Source of the DNA: Ophelia neglecta
Taxonomy: Eukaryota
Assembly: GCA_965285935.1 (NCBI GenBank)
Contig: OZ260661.1
Span: 111,600,001-111,664,000, forward strand
Direction: 5' to 3'
Length of the DNA stretch: 64,000 nt
The notes beneath the pieces are model-generated. The model made no database searches. It was not told the origin of the DNA and was given only the letters and a program-made list of their open reading frames with translations. A program made the position numbers and the translations under genes. Shown here one piece after another: positions 63,809 through 64,000 of this stretch. How positions within the stretch are numbered: the stretch's first letter is position 1; every line of letters starts with the position of its first letter.

Positions 63809-64000
63809 CTATAATCTTATTTGGTCTAGTTTGCATTCCGAACAAAGCGAATGCATCGAAATGTCAGAACAAGGTGAACATTTACAAATTTTCTGATAAT
63901 GGAGAAGCATTTCTATCGTCTTCTATGCGGAGAGTTCCAGAATGGTTTCGCCCGTGTGGATCCAGCGCACATCTCGTCGAACCAGAGCACTCTTCCGGTT
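63809..64000 (+). CDS. Candidate partial exon of a secreted protein running off the right edge
   Basis: Acceptor tttttcatttcag|; phase-1 frame open to window end: IILFGLVCIPNKANASKCQNKVNIYKFSDNGEAFLSSSMRRVPEWFRPCGSSAHLVEPEHSSG. Start exon not identified. Confidence 0.35.

Overview
AT-rich metazoan (invertebrate-type) genomic DNA with spliceosomal introns; no prokaryotic features. Main contents: (1) the first coding exon of an unidentified minus-strand gene at the left edge, probably head-to-head with (2) a complete 16-coding-exon CCDC186 gene (+, 6720-19915, 1014 aa); (3) two tandem paralogous small secreted-protein genes that the ORF track misses (33409-36054 and 53505-56638; 105 and 106 aa), each with a signal peptide, one Notch-type EGF domain carrying a conserved EDPYGWGYY loop, and a truncated 4-Cys half-EGF, the most interesting find here; (4) a nested TE stack between them: a degenerate non-LTR retrotransposon interrupted by an intact Ty3/Gypsy element (identical 207-bp LTRs, ATCCC TSD, tRNA-Ser PBS, 1328-aa Gag-Pol) and cut at its 3' end next to a non-autonomous hAT, plus a BEL/Pao remnant; (5) many MITEs and LINE/SINE fragments; (6) a possible further secreted-protein exon at the right edge. 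All gene models were assembled by eye from splice signals and frame continuity.
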